A stretch of 64,000 bases of DNA from Methanobacteriota archaeon (GCA_020347565.1 CP070732.1:514681-578680), one strand, 5' to 3'. Shown: positions 38,044-48,556, counted from the stretch's first letter. Notes: generated by a model from the letters alone, not told the origin. Numbers and translations are program-made.

Positions 38044-38544
38044 TCACTTGACCTCGACCTTCTTGACCTTCTTCTCAGGCGGGGTCGCCTTGGGCACCTT
38101 CACGGTCAGCAGCCCGTCCTTGAGCTGTGCGTCCACCTTGTCGGGGATGATTCTGTCCGGCAGCGGCAGGGATCTGTGGAACCTCGAGTAGTGGCGTTCC
38201 TTCCTGACGTAGCCGCCCTCCTTCTCCTCCCTCTCCGAGGAGGATTCCCCCGAGATCTCCATGGCATCCTCTGTGACCTCTATGCTGAGGTCGTCCTTCT
38301 TGAGTCCCGGGACTTCCGCCTTGACGACGAAGGCATCGCCCTCGTCGGTTATATCGACCAGCGGCTGCCTGATCAGCTCCCCTTGCATCGTCCTCGGGAC
38401 TACGAACAGGCTCTCCCAGTCGGTTCTGAAATCATCGAATAGCTTGTCCATGTCGTTCAACATGGTCATCGGATTGGACCAAAGCGGCCCCCAGTAGCTC
38501 CTGGGCACAATATCTTCGCGTTTATCCTTTCTCCTTATCATCAT
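38044..38544 (-). CDS. small heat-shock protein Hsp20
   Basis: PLVDI, AEVPG, ERHYSRFHRSLPLP and DGLLTVKVPK. Confidence 0.93.
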   Translation of the reverse strand: MMIRRKDKREDIVPRSYWGPLWSNPMTMLNDMDKLFDDFRTDWESLFVVPRTMQGELIRQPLVDITDEGDAFVVKAEVPGLKKDDLSIEVTEDAMEISGESSSEREEKEGGYVRKERHYSRFHRSLPLPDRIIPDKVDAQLKDGLLTVKVPKATPPEKKVKKVEVK

Positions 38545-38702
38545 ATCTCCTCCTTCGCTTCGTTCCTTCGTCGGGCGACTCCGCCCGATTCGCAAATATG
38601 TTAGCACTTCTATATGAATGTTACGCTTACATCGTCCGGGTGGGCCGTACGCTTCGCATCTCCTGTTAATGTAATAACCAACGAGCGCCATATGCTCGCG
38701 AA

Positions 38703-39758
38703 ATGACCGGTACGCTGCATGGCGACGACGTGATGATATCCGACCCCGCCGAGGCCAGTCAGATACACAACAAGGGATACTACGGCACCCCTCAGCCCGG
38801 GGGAGGTCTGAAGCTTGGCCTGATGGAAGCCACGTACCTTGTGGACAGCGGCCGGCTGGAAGTCCAGTCGAGGAAACGGAAGATGACTTCTGGCGATCTA
38901 CTGCGGGTTGCCCACAGGTCGTCCAAAGGGTTCGAGATCAAGTATCTCGTGTACAGGGAGCTGAGGCAGAGGGGCTACATCGTCAAGATGGGCACGGCGC
39001 CCCTCGACTTCAGGGTGTTCCCGAGGGGTAGCTCGCCCAAGAGGACCACGAGCCGGTGGTGGGTCGCGGCAATCTCCGAGAGATCGACATTCGACCTGGG
39101 CGACATGCTGGACAACCTCGACAGGGCGGCGGAGATAAGGAAGAAGCTGCTGCTGGCCGTCGTGGATGAGGAGAGCGACGTCACCTACTACGACGTGAGG
39201 CGCATATCGCCGGCCGGCCGCCTAGGGTCCTTCGAGACGGATGTGAGGGTGGACGGCGTCGTGATGGCCGACAGGGTGATCGTCACCGACAGCGAGGGCG
39301 CCGAGGCGCTCCGTCAGGGGCATTGTTTCGGCAAGCAGGTGGGCAAGATGCTTCAGCTCTCGCTGCTCGAGGCCGTGTACCTCGTCGAGCTGGGCATCCT
39401 CAGGCTAAGGGATGGGAAGACGAACAGGGCGGTGGGACTGGAATCGCTTAAGCGACGCGCGAGGAGCCTCCAGCCCGACTTCGGCCTGCGTTTAAGCGCC
39501 TTCAAGGATCTCAAGGAAAAGGGACTGATAGTCAAGACAGGCTTCAAGTACGGGTCTCACTTCAGGGCCTACGAGGGGGACCCCGACAGGGACCACGCGA
39601 AGTACCTCGTGCACGCGGTACCGAAGCACTACAGGGCCATGTGGCCCGAGGTCAGCCGCGCCGTCAGGCTCGCCCACGGCGTCAGGAAGGACATCTTGCT
39701 CGGGCGCGTATCGAAGAAGGATGTGGAGTATGTGAGCCTCACGCGGCACAGGCCTTGA
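38703..39758 (+). CDS. endA: tRNA-intron endonuclease (two-repeat homodimeric type)
   Basis: Duplicated units; KTGFKYGSHFRAY, HAKYL and RLAHGVRK. Confidence 0.93.
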   Translation: MTGTLHGDDVMISDPAEASQIHNKGYYGTPQPGGGLKLGLMEATYLVDSGRLEVQSRKRKMTSGDLLRVAHRSSKGFEIKYLVYRELRQRGYIVKMGTAPLDFRVFPRGSSPKRTTSRWWVAAISERSTFDLGDMLDNLDRAAEIRKKLLLAVVDEESDVTYYDVRRISPAGRLGSFETDVRVDGVVMADRVIVTDSEGAEALRQGHCFGKQVGKMLQLSLLEAVYLVELGILRLRDGKTNRAVGLESLKRRARSLQPDFGLRLSAFKDLKEKGLIVKTGFKYGSHFRAYEGDPDRDHAKYLVHAVPKHYRAMWPEVSRAVRLAHGVRKDILLGRVSKKDVEYVSLTRHRP

Positions 39759-39763
39759 CGAGC

Positions 39764-39922
39764 CTATATCCGCGATTCCCCGCCTGGTTTGTACAGCTCG
39801 TCTCTCCAACGGACGACCTTGAAAAGCTTGCAGTACTCGTCTATGCGGTCTCTGTACTCGATTGGCGGAACCACGCCTCTGCATCGCGTCCCGAAGTGCT
39901 CGCAGTCGTAACAGGAAACCAT
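39764..39922 (-). CDS. small four-cysteine metal-binding protein (52 aa)
   Basis: Translated by hand: MVSCYDCEHFGTRCRGVVPPIEYRDRIDEYCKLFKVVRWRDELYKPGGESRI; TTAAAG about 25 nt upstream. Confidence 0.6.
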   Translation of the reverse strand: MVSCYDCEHFGTRCRGVVPPIEYRDRIDEYCKLFKVVRWRDELYKPGGESRI

Positions 39923-39981
39923 GTGGTCAACCTACGCACATCAACGCTTTAATCATTCGCCCGGAAGTCCAGCTCGCACGC

Positions 39982-40992
39982 CTACAGGAGCTTGGGCGCG
40001 AGCTCCACGAGCCGGTTGGCGTAACCCCACTCGTTGTCGTACCACGACAGTATCTTGCCGAACCGGCCCTTCACGCCAATGACCATCGTCATCTGCGCGT
40101 CGATTATGCTGGAGTGTGGGTTGCGTACGACGTCCGACGACACGATCGGCTCCTCGCAGAACTCCATGATGCCCTTCATGGGACCGGAGGCCGCCTCGGC
40201 GAGCGCGGCGTTCAGCGTTTCACGCGACATCTCCTCCTCCGTGCTGAACGTGAGGTCTGTTACCGAGCCGCACGGCGTGGGCACCCTGAGGGCGAACCCG
40301 TTGAGCTTGCCGCTCAGTTCCGGTATGACCATGCCTATCGCCTTCGCCGCGCCCGTCGTCGTCGGTATGATCGACAGCGCCGCCGCCCTGCCTCTCCTGA
40401 AGTCCTTGTGCGGCAGGTCGACGACCCTCTGGTCGCCGGTGTAGGCGTGTACTGTCGTCATCATGCCCTCGACGATCGAGAAGGCGTCGTTGATTACCTT
40501 CGCCGGCGGTGCAAGGCTGTTCGTCGTGCATGACGCGTTCGACACGACATGGTGTCTCTCGCGGTCGTACGCGTCGAGGTTCACCCCGAGCACGACCGTC
40601 GCGTCGCTGTCCTTCGACGGAGCCGAGATGATCACCTTCCGCGCCCCGCCCGTCAGGTGCTCCGCGGCCTTCTCCCTCGCCGTGAAGAGTCCCGTCGACT
40701 CAATCACCACGTCTACACCGAAACTTCTCCAAGGTATATCCGCGGGACTCCTGTGCTGTGTTACCTGTACGGTGCGGCCGCCCACGACGAGGGCTCCATC
40801 CTCAGATGCGACGTCCTGGCCGAGCTTGCCGTAGACGGAGTCCCACTTCAGCAGATAGGCGAGCGAGTCGACAGGCGCTATGTCGTTCACAGCGACTATC
40901 TCGAACTGCCCGCCGTACCCTTCCTTCTGGATGGCGGCCCTGAAGGCGTTTCTGCCTATCCTTCCGAAGCCGTTGATGCCTATCTTGACCAA
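39982..40992 (-). CDS. gap: type I (bacterial-type) glyceraldehyde-3-phosphate dehydrogenase
   Basis: GINGFGRIGR, ESTGLF, SNASCTTN, TTGAAKA and WYDNEWGY. Confidence 0.95.
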   Translation of the reverse strand: MVKIGINGFGRIGRNAFRAAIQKEGYGGQFEIVAVNDIAPVDSLAYLLKWDSVYGKLGQDVASEDGALVVGGRTVQVTQHRSPADIPWRSFGVDVVIESTGLFTAREKAAEHLTGGARKVIISAPSKDSDATVVLGVNLDAYDRERHHVVSNASCTTNSLAPPAKVINDAFSIVEGMMTTVHAYTGDQRVVDLPHKDFRRGRAAALSIIPTTTGAAKAIGMVIPELSGKLNGFALRVPTPCGSVTDLTFSTEEEMSRETLNAALAEAASGPMKGIMEFCEEPIVSSDVVRNPHSSIIDAQMTMVIGVKGRFGKILSWYDNEWGYANRLVELAPKLL

Positions 40993-41105
40993 GTTCCTTA
41001 CCCGGACGGAAAATACGTGGTCGGAATAAAAAGCTGTCCCATGCCGGAGCGACGGGAGTTAAATGGGAAGCGAAGGGGTTTCAGCGCGTCAATGCTCGTA
41101 TCCGG

Positions 41106-42038
41106 TCAGAGTTGGACCTCGATGCCTAGCTTCTCCGTCAGCTCCTTGTACCGGTTCCTGATGGTGACCTCGGTCACGCCCGCCACGTCGGCGACCTCCC
41201 GCTGCGTCCTCCTCTCATTGCACAGGATCGACGAGATGTATATCGCTGCGGCCGCGACGCCCGTCGGCCCCCTGCCGGATGTCAGCTCCTTCTTCGCAGC
41301 GTCCTTCAGTATCTCCGTCGCCTTGGACTGCACCTCTCCGGACAGCTTCAGCTCGGAGCAGAATCGCGAGACGTAGTCCTGCGGTTTGGTCGGCATGAGC
41401 TTCAGCTTGAGCTCGCGCGTCATGAACCGGTATGTCCGGCCTATCTCCTTCCTTCCGACGCGGGACGAGTTGGCAACCTCGTCGAGAGTCCTCGGAACAT
41501 TGCACTGCCTGCAGGCAGCGTACAGCGATGCAGCCACCACGCCCTCGATGCTCCTCCCTCGAATGAGGTTCTTGTTGACCGCCTTCCTGTAGGTCATCGC
41601 TGCCGTCTCCCGCACGTTGCGCGGGAGACCCATGGACGATGCCATGCGGTCGAGCTCACTCAGGGCGAAGGCGAGGTTCCTCTCCGTCGCGTTGGACACC
41701 CTGATCCTGCGCTGCCACTTCCGCAGCCTGTAGAGCTGCGCCCTGTTTCTGGTCGGGATGCTCTTGCCGTAGGAGTCCTTGTTCTTCCAGGATATCTCCG
41801 TGGACAGTCCCTTGTCGTGTATCGTGTATGTCATGGGGGCGCCGGTCCTGGCCCTCTTCTCCCCTTGCTCGACGTCGAAGGCCCTCCACTCGGGGCCCTG
41901 GTCTATGAGCTGGTCGTCGAGGACTATGCCGCAGTCCTCACACACGAGCTCTCCGCGTTCGTAGTCTCTTACGAGATGCGCGCTGTTGCATTCAGGGCAT
42001 CTCTCGATCTGCTCAGTTTCCTCTCTTACCTTTGCCAT
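41106..42038 (-). CDS. tfb: transcription initiation factor IIB
   Basis: Zn ribbon, GPEWRAF, HDKGLST and two cyclin repeats. Confidence 0.97.
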   Translation of the reverse strand: MAKVREETEQIERCPECNSAHLVRDYERGELVCEDCGIVLDDQLIDQGPEWRAFDVEQGEKRARTGAPMTYTIHDKGLSTEISWKNKDSYGKSIPTRNRAQLYRLRKWQRRIRVSNATERNLAFALSELDRMASSMGLPRNVRETAAMTYRKAVNKNLIRGRSIEGVVAASLYAACRQCNVPRTLDEVANSSRVGRKEIGRTYRFMTRELKLKLMPTKPQDYVSRFCSELKLSGEVQSKATEILKDAAKKELTSGRGPTGVAAAAIYISSILCNERRTQREVADVAGVTEVTIRNRYKELTEKLGIEVQL

Positions 42039-42279
42039 CGTCCCCCTCTTCTATGTAGACTTCCCTGCCGAGTATCGCAAGCGTCTTCATCTCCTCTTCA
42101 GGCTGTACGGCGACATATGGGGAGCGGACCGGGCCGAAGACTCTGACCACCTTCCCCACGCGCGCCTTCACGTTGTCTCGCACAATCGAGCCTTTCATCG
42201 GTGCGAACCTGGACTTCACTATGAGCTTGCCGTCGTGAGACATGTCCTGCACGACACCTAGAAGCTTCAACTCGCTCAC
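42013..42279 (-). CDS. gar1: H/ACA RNP protein Gar1
   Basis: [15 protein letters not shown]; conserved position upstream of tfb. Confidence 0.85.
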   Translation of the reverse strand: MSELKLLGVVQDMSHDGKLIVKSRFAPMKGSIVRDNVKARVGKVVRVFGPVRSPYVAVQPEEEMKTLAILGREVYIEEGDDGKGKRGN

Positions 42280-42422
42280 CGAATCATATTTATAATTTGT
42301 GCTGTCCGCCCTATGTACACGGTTATATATAAGGTTTTTCTCAATGTATTTAAGAGTTGAGCATCAATCTCCCCCTGATGTAGTTTTCACCCCGGTGGAG
42401 GGGTGCTTCGCAGGCGGTCGCA

Positions 42423-43178
42423 ATGACGATGATTCCGAAGTCGCATCCGCGCCGAGAGTCGCTCATGCTCCGCGAGCGCCTCGTAGAGGGCTTTGCAGAC
42501 GGTGTCGTCGCGCCACAGGGGCTGATCGCACACGGCCGAGGGGAGATGTTCTACTATGTCCTCGGCGAGCGGACGACGAAGGAGGCGCGCATCGCCGCGA
42601 GGGCCGCGGCTGCGGCGCTGCTCACGGCTTCTCACCCCGTGATATCCGTCAACGGGAACGTGGCGGCGCTGTGTCCCGTTGAGGTCGTCTCTCTGTCGCA
42701 GCTCGTACCCGCAAGGATCGAGATAGGCCTGTTTCATCGCTCCGACGAGCGGATAACCAGGATACAGGCGATACTGGAAGGGCACGGGGCGGAGGAGGTG
42801 CTCGGCTTCTTGCCCGATGAGAGGATACCAGGTCTTGACGGACCGAGGGCCATGTGTTCGGAGGAGGGCATACACTCCGCCGATTTGGTGCTCGTCGCCC
42901 TCGAGGACGGAGATCGTGCGAAGGCGCTTGTCGACATGGGCAAGAAGGTCGTCGCCGTGGACCTGAACCCGCTGTCCAGAACTGCGCGCAACGCCACGAT
43001 CACGGTGGTCGACGAAGTGACATCCGCGTTCGCCGAGATCGCGTATTGTGCCGAGGAGCTGAAGGGCGACGATGCGGGGATCCGGAGAGCGCTTGAGCGA
43101 TACGACAGAGACGATAACCTGAGCGCAATCATGGCTCTAATGGCGGCGAACCTGACTACTGGATTGCCGCTGCCGTAG
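42423..43178 (+). CDS. phosphopantothenate synthetase
   Basis: IPKSHPRRESL, GLIAHGRGE, ISVNGN, LEDGDR and DLNPLSRT. Confidence 0.92.
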   Translation: MTMIPKSHPRRESLMLRERLVEGFADGVVAPQGLIAHGRGEMFYYVLGERTTKEARIAARAAAAALLTASHPVISVNGNVAALCPVEVVSLSQLVPARIEIGLFHRSDERITRIQAILEGHGAEEVLGFLPDERIPGLDGPRAMCSEEGIHSADLVLVALEDGDRAKALVDMGKKVVAVDLNPLSRTARNATITVVDEVTSAFAEIAYCAEELKGDDAGIRRALERYDRDDNLSAIMALMAANLTTGLPLP

Positions 43179-43248
43179 ATTCGGAAGATCTGCCCTCAGA
43201 GCAACACGTTTTTGTGCGTGCAACGGCTTCGGCACACAGAGTGGTACG

Positions 43249-44493
43249 ATGGCCAAGAACGAGTTGCTCGACAAGGGCACCAAGAGGATCGAATGGGCGA
43301 GACGTCACATGCCGGTCCTGGGGAAGATACGGGACAGGCTGGCGAAGGAGCAAACGTTCGAGGGGCTGAAGATCGGCATGGCCCTCCACACCGAGGCGAA
43401 GACGGCGGTTCTCGCAGTCACCTTGCAGGATGCGGGGGCGGAGGTCCGCCTCACAGGGTGCAACCCGCTCTCGACCGACGACTCTGTCGCCCTCGCGCTC
43501 AACAAGGAGTACGGGCTCGAGACGTACGCCAAGAGAGGGCAGTCACAAAGGGACTACTACCGGTCGCTGAACGGAGTCCTGGATATGGGCCCCGACTATG
43601 TGATCGACGACGGCGCAGACCTGATATTCCTGTTGCACACGAAGCGGAAGGACATGCTCTCACGCGTCATGGGGGCGAACGAGGAGACCACCACGGGGAT
43701 CATCCGGGTGCGCGCCATGGCCCAGGAGGGCTCCCTCAGATTCCCCGTAATGTCCGTCAACGATGCCTACATGAAATACATGTTCGACAACAGGTACGGG
43801 ACAGGGCAATCGACTATGGACGGCATCATGACGGCCACGAACCTGATAATCGCCGGGAAGGACTTCGTCGTGGCCGGCTACGGATGGTGTGGAAGGGGGA
43901 TAGCGATGCGGGCCAAGGGGCTCGGGGCCGATGTGACCATCTGCGAGGTGGACCCCATCAGGGCGATCGAGGCGAAGCTCGACGGCTTCGCCGTGAAGCC
44001 CATGGTCGAGGCGGTCCAGGGGGCGGATTTCGTCGTGTCGGCGACGGGCTGCAAGGATGTGCTGACCGCCCGGCACATGCGAAGGCTCAAGGACGGCTGC
44101 GTTCTGGCCAACTCGGGCCACTTCGACAACGAGATATCGAAGGCCGCCCTCAAGCAGTTGTCCAAGAGGCGCAGGAAGGTGAGGGACTCGGTGGACGAGT
44201 ACACGCTGAAGAACGGCCGCAGGGTGTACCTGCTTTCAGACGGCAGGCTCGTCAACCTTGCGGCAGGTCAGGGGCACCCAGCGGAGATTATGGACATGAG
44301 CTTCTCCATCCAGGCGCTCAGCCTGGAGTATCTGGCGTTCAGCAGCCAGTCACTCGAGCCGGACGTCTACGATGTTCCGGACCACATAGACGACCAGGTG
44401 GCACGGCTCAAGCTCGAGACCATGGGCCTCGAGATAGACAAGCTCTCGAAGGGACAGAAGAAGTACCTCACTGACTGGAGAGAGGGCACCTGA
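43249..44493 (+). CDS. ahcY: adenosylhomocysteinase
   Basis: CNPLST, EETTTG, FDNRYGTGQS, GYGWCGRG and GHPAEIMDMSF. Confidence 0.96.
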   Translation: MAKNELLDKGTKRIEWARRHMPVLGKIRDRLAKEQTFEGLKIGMALHTEAKTAVLAVTLQDAGAEVRLTGCNPLSTDDSVALALNKEYGLETYAKRGQSQRDYYRSLNGVLDMGPDYVIDDGADLIFLLHTKRKDMLSRVMGANEETTTGIIRVRAMAQEGSLRFPVMSVNDAYMKYMFDNRYGTGQSTMDGIMTATNLIIAGKDFVVAGYGWCGRGIAMRAKGLGADVTICEVDPIRAIEAKLDGFAVKPMVEAVQGADFVVSATGCKDVLTARHMRRLKDGCVLANSGHFDNEISKAALKQLSKRRRKVRDSVDEYTLKNGRRVYLLSDGRLVNLAAGQGHPAEIMDMSFSIQALSLEYLAFSSQSLEPDVYDVPDHIDDQVARLKLETMGLEIDKLSKGQKKYLTDWREGT

Positions 44494-44626
44494 CGCGCGG
44501 GGGAGGGCGGATGTCTCAGCGCCCCCGCCTGACGATATTGCTGGCTACTTAAGGCAGGTCGAGCGTCGCGGCCCCTCCTGGGCCAACCGATTTTTCAAGT
44601 ATGGCAGAGTCGATACGGTTGCTGGA

Positions 44627-45559
44627 GTGGACAGAGTGCGGAAGAGCAATTTCCTGGGGGTTTTCGGACACTCTGCGATTGACATCATATACTCTTCTGC
44701 CAGCTTCCCGGCGCCCAACACTTGTGTCGAATTGGTGGGCCGCAAGGAGTACTACGGCGGCACTGGCGCGAACCTTGCCGCCATCGCAGCGTCGCTGGGC
44801 GTGAGGACCTCCCTTGCCAGCCATGTCGGCGACGATTTCCCCAAAGAGTTCAAGGGCCGCCTGCAGGAGCTGGGCGTCGATGTCACGGATATCATCAAGG
44901 TGCGAGGCGAGCGCACGCCGTACATAATCATGATCTCCGATGCCGAGCACAACCAGATAGGGTTCGTCGACCAAGGGGCAGTACTCATGCAGGACAGCCT
45001 CCCCATCAGGACCCATACGATCGACACATCGAAGTTCATACATGTGGGGACGGGTCGCCCGTCGTACATGCTGAAGGTTGCCAAGAGGGCGAAGTGGCGT
45101 AAGAGGACCGTGTGTTTCGACCCCGCACAGGAAATCCACTACGTGTACACGCCAGAGACGCTCAAGCAGATACTCGAGTACTCTCAGGTCGTCTTCATGA
45201 ACTCGTCCGAGCTGGAGACTGCGAAATCGTATCTGAACCTCGAGGACGACCGCGAGCTGTTGTCCTACGTGAATCTGGTCGTCAACACGCTCGGCAGGGA
45301 GGGAAGCAGGATCATCACAGACGACGACGAGGTGCTGGTGAACGCCATAAGCCCTGACGCGGTGGTGGACACGACCGGCGCGGGCGACGGCTTCAGGGCA
45401 GGATTCTACGCGGGCCTGAGCCGTTCGCTGCCTCTGGAGGAATGCGCGTGGATGGGCGCGGCAACGGCGTCGTTTATCGTCGAAAGCGTCGGGGCACAGA
45501 GCGTCCTGCCCACATGGGAGATGGTGCAGAGGCGTGCTGCCCGCAGGAAGAACGTTTGA
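44627..45559 (+). CDS. PfkB-family carbohydrate/nucleoside kinase
   Basis: GGTGAN, FDPAQ and DTTGAGDGFRAG. Confidence 0.9.
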   Translation: MDRVRKSNFLGVFGHSAIDIIYSSASFPAPNTCVELVGRKEYYGGTGANLAAIAASLGVRTSLASHVGDDFPKEFKGRLQELGVDVTDIIKVRGERTPYIIMISDAEHNQIGFVDQGAVLMQDSLPIRTHTIDTSKFIHVGTGRPSYMLKVAKRAKWRKRTVCFDPAQEIHYVYTPETLKQILEYSQVVFMNSSELETAKSYLNLEDDRELLSYVNLVVNTLGREGSRIITDDDEVLVNAISPDAVVDTTGAGDGFRAGFYAGLSRSLPLEECAWMGAATASFIVESVGAQSVLPTWEMVQRRAARRKNV

Positions 45560-45686
45560 GGCGTGAGCGGCAATCGACGGGGCGGCTGGGGGACAGCGAA
45601 CGCGTCGGAGCCAGACCCTCCGCCAAGAATCCAGAGCCCGAAAGGTTTATCACAGCCCATCCCATTATTGGGCCCGGTGAGACCAG

Positions 45687-45920
45687 ATGGCCGTGGGTTT
45701 TATACTAATAAGCACCGCGCCGGCGAAGGAGCATGAGGTCTACAACGAACTCCTGAAGGTCAAGGAGGTCGTGGAACTGCACCCGCTGTTCGGGGAGTAT
45801 GACCTGATTGCCAAGATCGAGGCGGATGACTTCAACCTTCTCGGACAGGTTGTCGTGGACAAGGTGCGCTCTATCTCTGGCGTGATTGACACGAAGACGC
45901 TGACTGGTATAAAGTTCTGA
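45687..45920 (+). CDS. stand-alone Lrp/AsnC ligand-binding (RAM) domain protein
   Basis: LFGEYDLIAKIE...ISGVIDTKTL. Confidence 0.88.
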   Translation: MAVGFILISTAPAKEHEVYNELLKVKEVVELHPLFGEYDLIAKIEADDFNLLGQVVVDKVRSISGVIDTKTLTGIKF

Positions 45921-45946
45921 GTCATCGGAAGAAGGAAGTGGGTCGG

Positions 45947-46243
45947 ATGGAACTTCTTGAGTTTCTGACAGTCGTAATACTTGTATTCGCCCTGTTCATG
46001 CTCTTGGCAGGTGTGTTTACTGCGTACTTCGGCAGCGGGAAGAGCAGAATGATTGGCGTCGCGCTTCTGGTCATCGGCCTCGTGGTCGGGCTGGTGTGGG
46101 GCGTGATGGGCCTCGACTCGGTGGACATCATCGACGTGAACGTGGGCAAGGTCGTTTGGGACGCGTTCCTCTACATACTCGCAGGAGTCATAGGCGCCCT
46201 GGCGGCGATCGGCATATTCCTGCTCGCGATTATGAAGTCCTGA
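45947..46243 (+). CDS. small membrane protein
   Basis: Three hydrophobic segments; FTAYFGSGKSR. Confidence 0.75.
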   Translation: MELLEFLTVVILVFALFMLLAGVFTAYFGSGKSRMIGVALLVIGLVVGLVWGVMGLDSVDIIDVNVGKVVWDAFLYILAGVIGALAAIGIFLLAIMKS

Positions 46244-46286
46244 GCGCGGAAACCTTTTTCTACAAACTCCACCTCTCCCTTTTCTG

Positions 46287-46751
46287 ATGAGCGTCCAGAT
46301 AGTCCTCGGAAGCAAGAGCGACCTCAAGGTGGCCGAGAAGGCCACGGAGGTGCTCAAGGAGCTAGGCGTCGAGTACAGAATCAGCGTCGCGAGCGCCCAC
46401 AGAACGCCAGAGCTGGTAGACAAGCTCGTGAGAGAGGCGGATGCCGAGGTCTTCATCGCGATCGCAGGCCTGTCGGCCGCTCTCCCGGGCGTCGTCGCCG
46501 CCAGAACGAGCCGCCCGGTGATCGGCGTGCCAGTCAGTGGAGCGTTGAACCTCGATGCGATACTGTCCGTCGTCCAGATGCCGTCCGGCATACCCGTAGC
46601 CGCTGTGGGCCTCGACAGAGGCGAGAACGCGGCCATACTGGCCGCGCAGATACTGGCCCTCAAGGACGACCGCGTACGCGAGGCGTTGGAGGCGCACAGG
46701 ACGAAACTGAAGGAGAAGGTGGCCAGGGATTCTCAGGAAGTTGATGGGTAG
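46287..46751 (+). CDS. purE: N5-CAIR mutase / AIR carboxylase PurE
   Basis: GSKSD, SAHRTP, AGLSAALPG and QMPSGIPVA. Confidence 0.95.
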   Translation: MSVQIVLGSKSDLKVAEKATEVLKELGVEYRISVASAHRTPELVDKLVREADAEVFIAIAGLSAALPGVVAARTSRPVIGVPVSGALNLDAILSVVQMPSGIPVAAVGLDRGENAAILAAQILALKDDRVREALEAHRTKLKEKVARDSQEVDG

Positions 46752-47699
46752 ATGTTCGATCCACATAAGTTCATCGACGAGCAAGTCGCCAGGACCCGCG
46801 CCGAGGTGTCAGGCAGGGCGATAATCGCCGCCTCCGGAGGGGTCGATAGCACCGTGTGCGCCGTGATTGTCAGCAAGGCGATTGGCGATAGGCTGTTGGC
46901 GGTGCACGTGGACACAGGGTTCATGAGGAAGGGAGAGACCGCACTGGTCGACGATATGCTCGGCCGGCTCGGCGTCAACCACATCGTAGTGGATGCAAGC
47001 GACGAGTACTTCGATGCGCTGAAGGGGGTCTCCGATCCCGAGATGAAGCGGAAGATCATCGGCGAGAAGTTCATACGCGTCTTCGAGCGCGAGGCGAGCG
47101 AGTTCGGCGCCGAGCATCTCGTGCAAGGCACGATTGCCCCCGATTGGATAGAGAGCGGCGGCGGCCTCAGAGACACCATCAAGTCTCATCACAACGTCGG
47201 TGGCCTTCCAGCGGATATGAACATGAAGCTGGTGGAGCCTCTGCGCGACCTCTACAAGGACGAGGTGCGCAAGGTGGCCCGCGCCCTCAAGGTCGAATCG
47301 GCCGAGCGCCAGCCGTTTCCCGGACCCGCCCTGGCGATAAGGGTCATGGGCGAGTCCACGAGGGAAGCGGTCGGCATCGTCCGGGAGGCCTGTGCGATAG
47401 TCGAAGAGGAGATCGAGAAGGCTGCGGACGCCGGCAAGATGCCGCTTCCATGGCAGTACTTCGCCGTCCTGTTGCCTGTCAAGAGCGTTGGCGTGCAAGG
47501 CGACATCCGCGTGTACGGATACACTGTGGCTGTGAGGGCGGTGGAGTCGATCGATGCGATGTCCGCAGCCTACACGAAGATACCTCACGATGTCCTGGAG
47601 TCGATCTCTGCACGCATAACCAACAGCATGAAGGACAGGGTGAACCGCGTCGTATACGACATAACCGACAAGCCGCCTGCGACGATAGAGTGGGAGTGA
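46752..47699 (+). CDS. guaAB: GMP synthase, ATP pyrophosphatase subunit
   Basis: SGGVDS, IKSHHNVGGLP, PFPGPAL and KPPATIEWE. Confidence 0.95.
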   Translation: MFDPHKFIDEQVARTRAEVSGRAIIAASGGVDSTVCAVIVSKAIGDRLLAVHVDTGFMRKGETALVDDMLGRLGVNHIVVDASDEYFDALKGVSDPEMKRKIIGEKFIRVFEREASEFGAEHLVQGTIAPDWIESGGGLRDTIKSHHNVGGLPADMNMKLVEPLRDLYKDEVRKVARALKVESAERQPFPGPALAIRVMGESTREAVGIVREACAIVEEEIEKAADAGKMPLPWQYFAVLLPVKSVGVQGDIRVYGYTVAVRAVESIDAMSAAYTKIPHDVLESISARITNSMKDRVNRVVYDITDKPPATIEWE

Positions 47700-47761
47700 G
47701 TCCTCATCCGCCGACCGGCCAACCAGCAGAGGCTTTATACTCCCGCAATGTTCCCTCCTGC

Positions 47762-48337
47762 ATGCGTATCCTCGTCGTTGACAACGGCGGCCAGTGGACC
47801 CATCGCGAGTGGCGCGTGCTCCGCGATCTCGGCATCGAGACGGCCATCGTTCCTAACACGAGCCCCCCTGAGTCGATCGACGCGCACGGCATAGTGCTTT
47901 CCGGAGGGTCTCCGCGCGTGGGACTGGACGGGGAGGCAATGGGGCTCTGCGGGGAGTACATGGACAAGCTGGGCATTCCCGTACTTGGCATATGTGCGGG
48001 CCATCAGCACATGGCCATCCACTTCGGTGGGGAGGCGGCTCCATCGGCGACGCCTGAGTTCGGGAAGACGTTGGTGAACCTTGTCGATGAGGACGTCCTC
48101 TTCAAGGGCTTTCCGAAGAAGTTCGTCGCGTGGGAGTCGCACCACGACGAGATAACCGTGTTGCCCAAGGAGTTCAGACTGCTGGCGAGTTCGGATACGT
48201 GCAAGGTCCAGGCCATGAGGCACAACACTAGGCCGCTCTTTGGGCTTCAGTTCCATCCAGAGGTCGAGCACACGGAAAACGGACACGAGATCTTCCAGGC
48301 GTTCCTCGACGTCTGCCGGAGCAACGAGGAGGGCTGA
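47762..48337 (+). CDS. guaAA: GMP synthase, glutamine amidotransferase subunit
   Basis: DNGGQWTHRE, GICAGHQ and QFHPEV; true start MRILVV. Confidence 0.93.
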   Translation: MRILVVDNGGQWTHREWRVLRDLGIETAIVPNTSPPESIDAHGIVLSGGSPRVGLDGEAMGLCGEYMDKLGIPVLGICAGHQHMAIHFGGEAAPSATPEFGKTLVNLVDEDVLFKGFPKKFVAWESHHDEITVLPKEFRLLASSDTCKVQAMRHNTRPLFGLQFHPEVEHTENGHEIFQAFLDVCRSNEEG

Positions 48338-48340
48338 GCA

Positions 48341-48556
48341 ATGGACCCCGGGAACCTGGAGATACTGCGCGAGGCGGCCAGCATCCGCCAGAAGAAGGAG
48401 ACAGCCGAGAGGGCGGTCAGCCGAGCCGCTCGGCGTCTGGGCCGGAGCTACGGCGCATACATCTCCGCGATGTCGGACCTGAGGAATCTGGCGGCAAGGC
48501 ACAAGGTTGGAGTGGAGGAGGCCCTCGGCAGGCTGCTACAGCAAGAGGAGAAGTAG
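48341..48556 (+). CDS. hypothetical protein (71 aa)
   Basis: ATG 3 nt after guaAA; helical and charged. Confidence 0.55.
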   Translation: MDPGNLEILREAASIRQKKETAERAVSRAARRLGRSYGAYISAMSDLRNLAARHKVGVEEALGRLLQQEEK

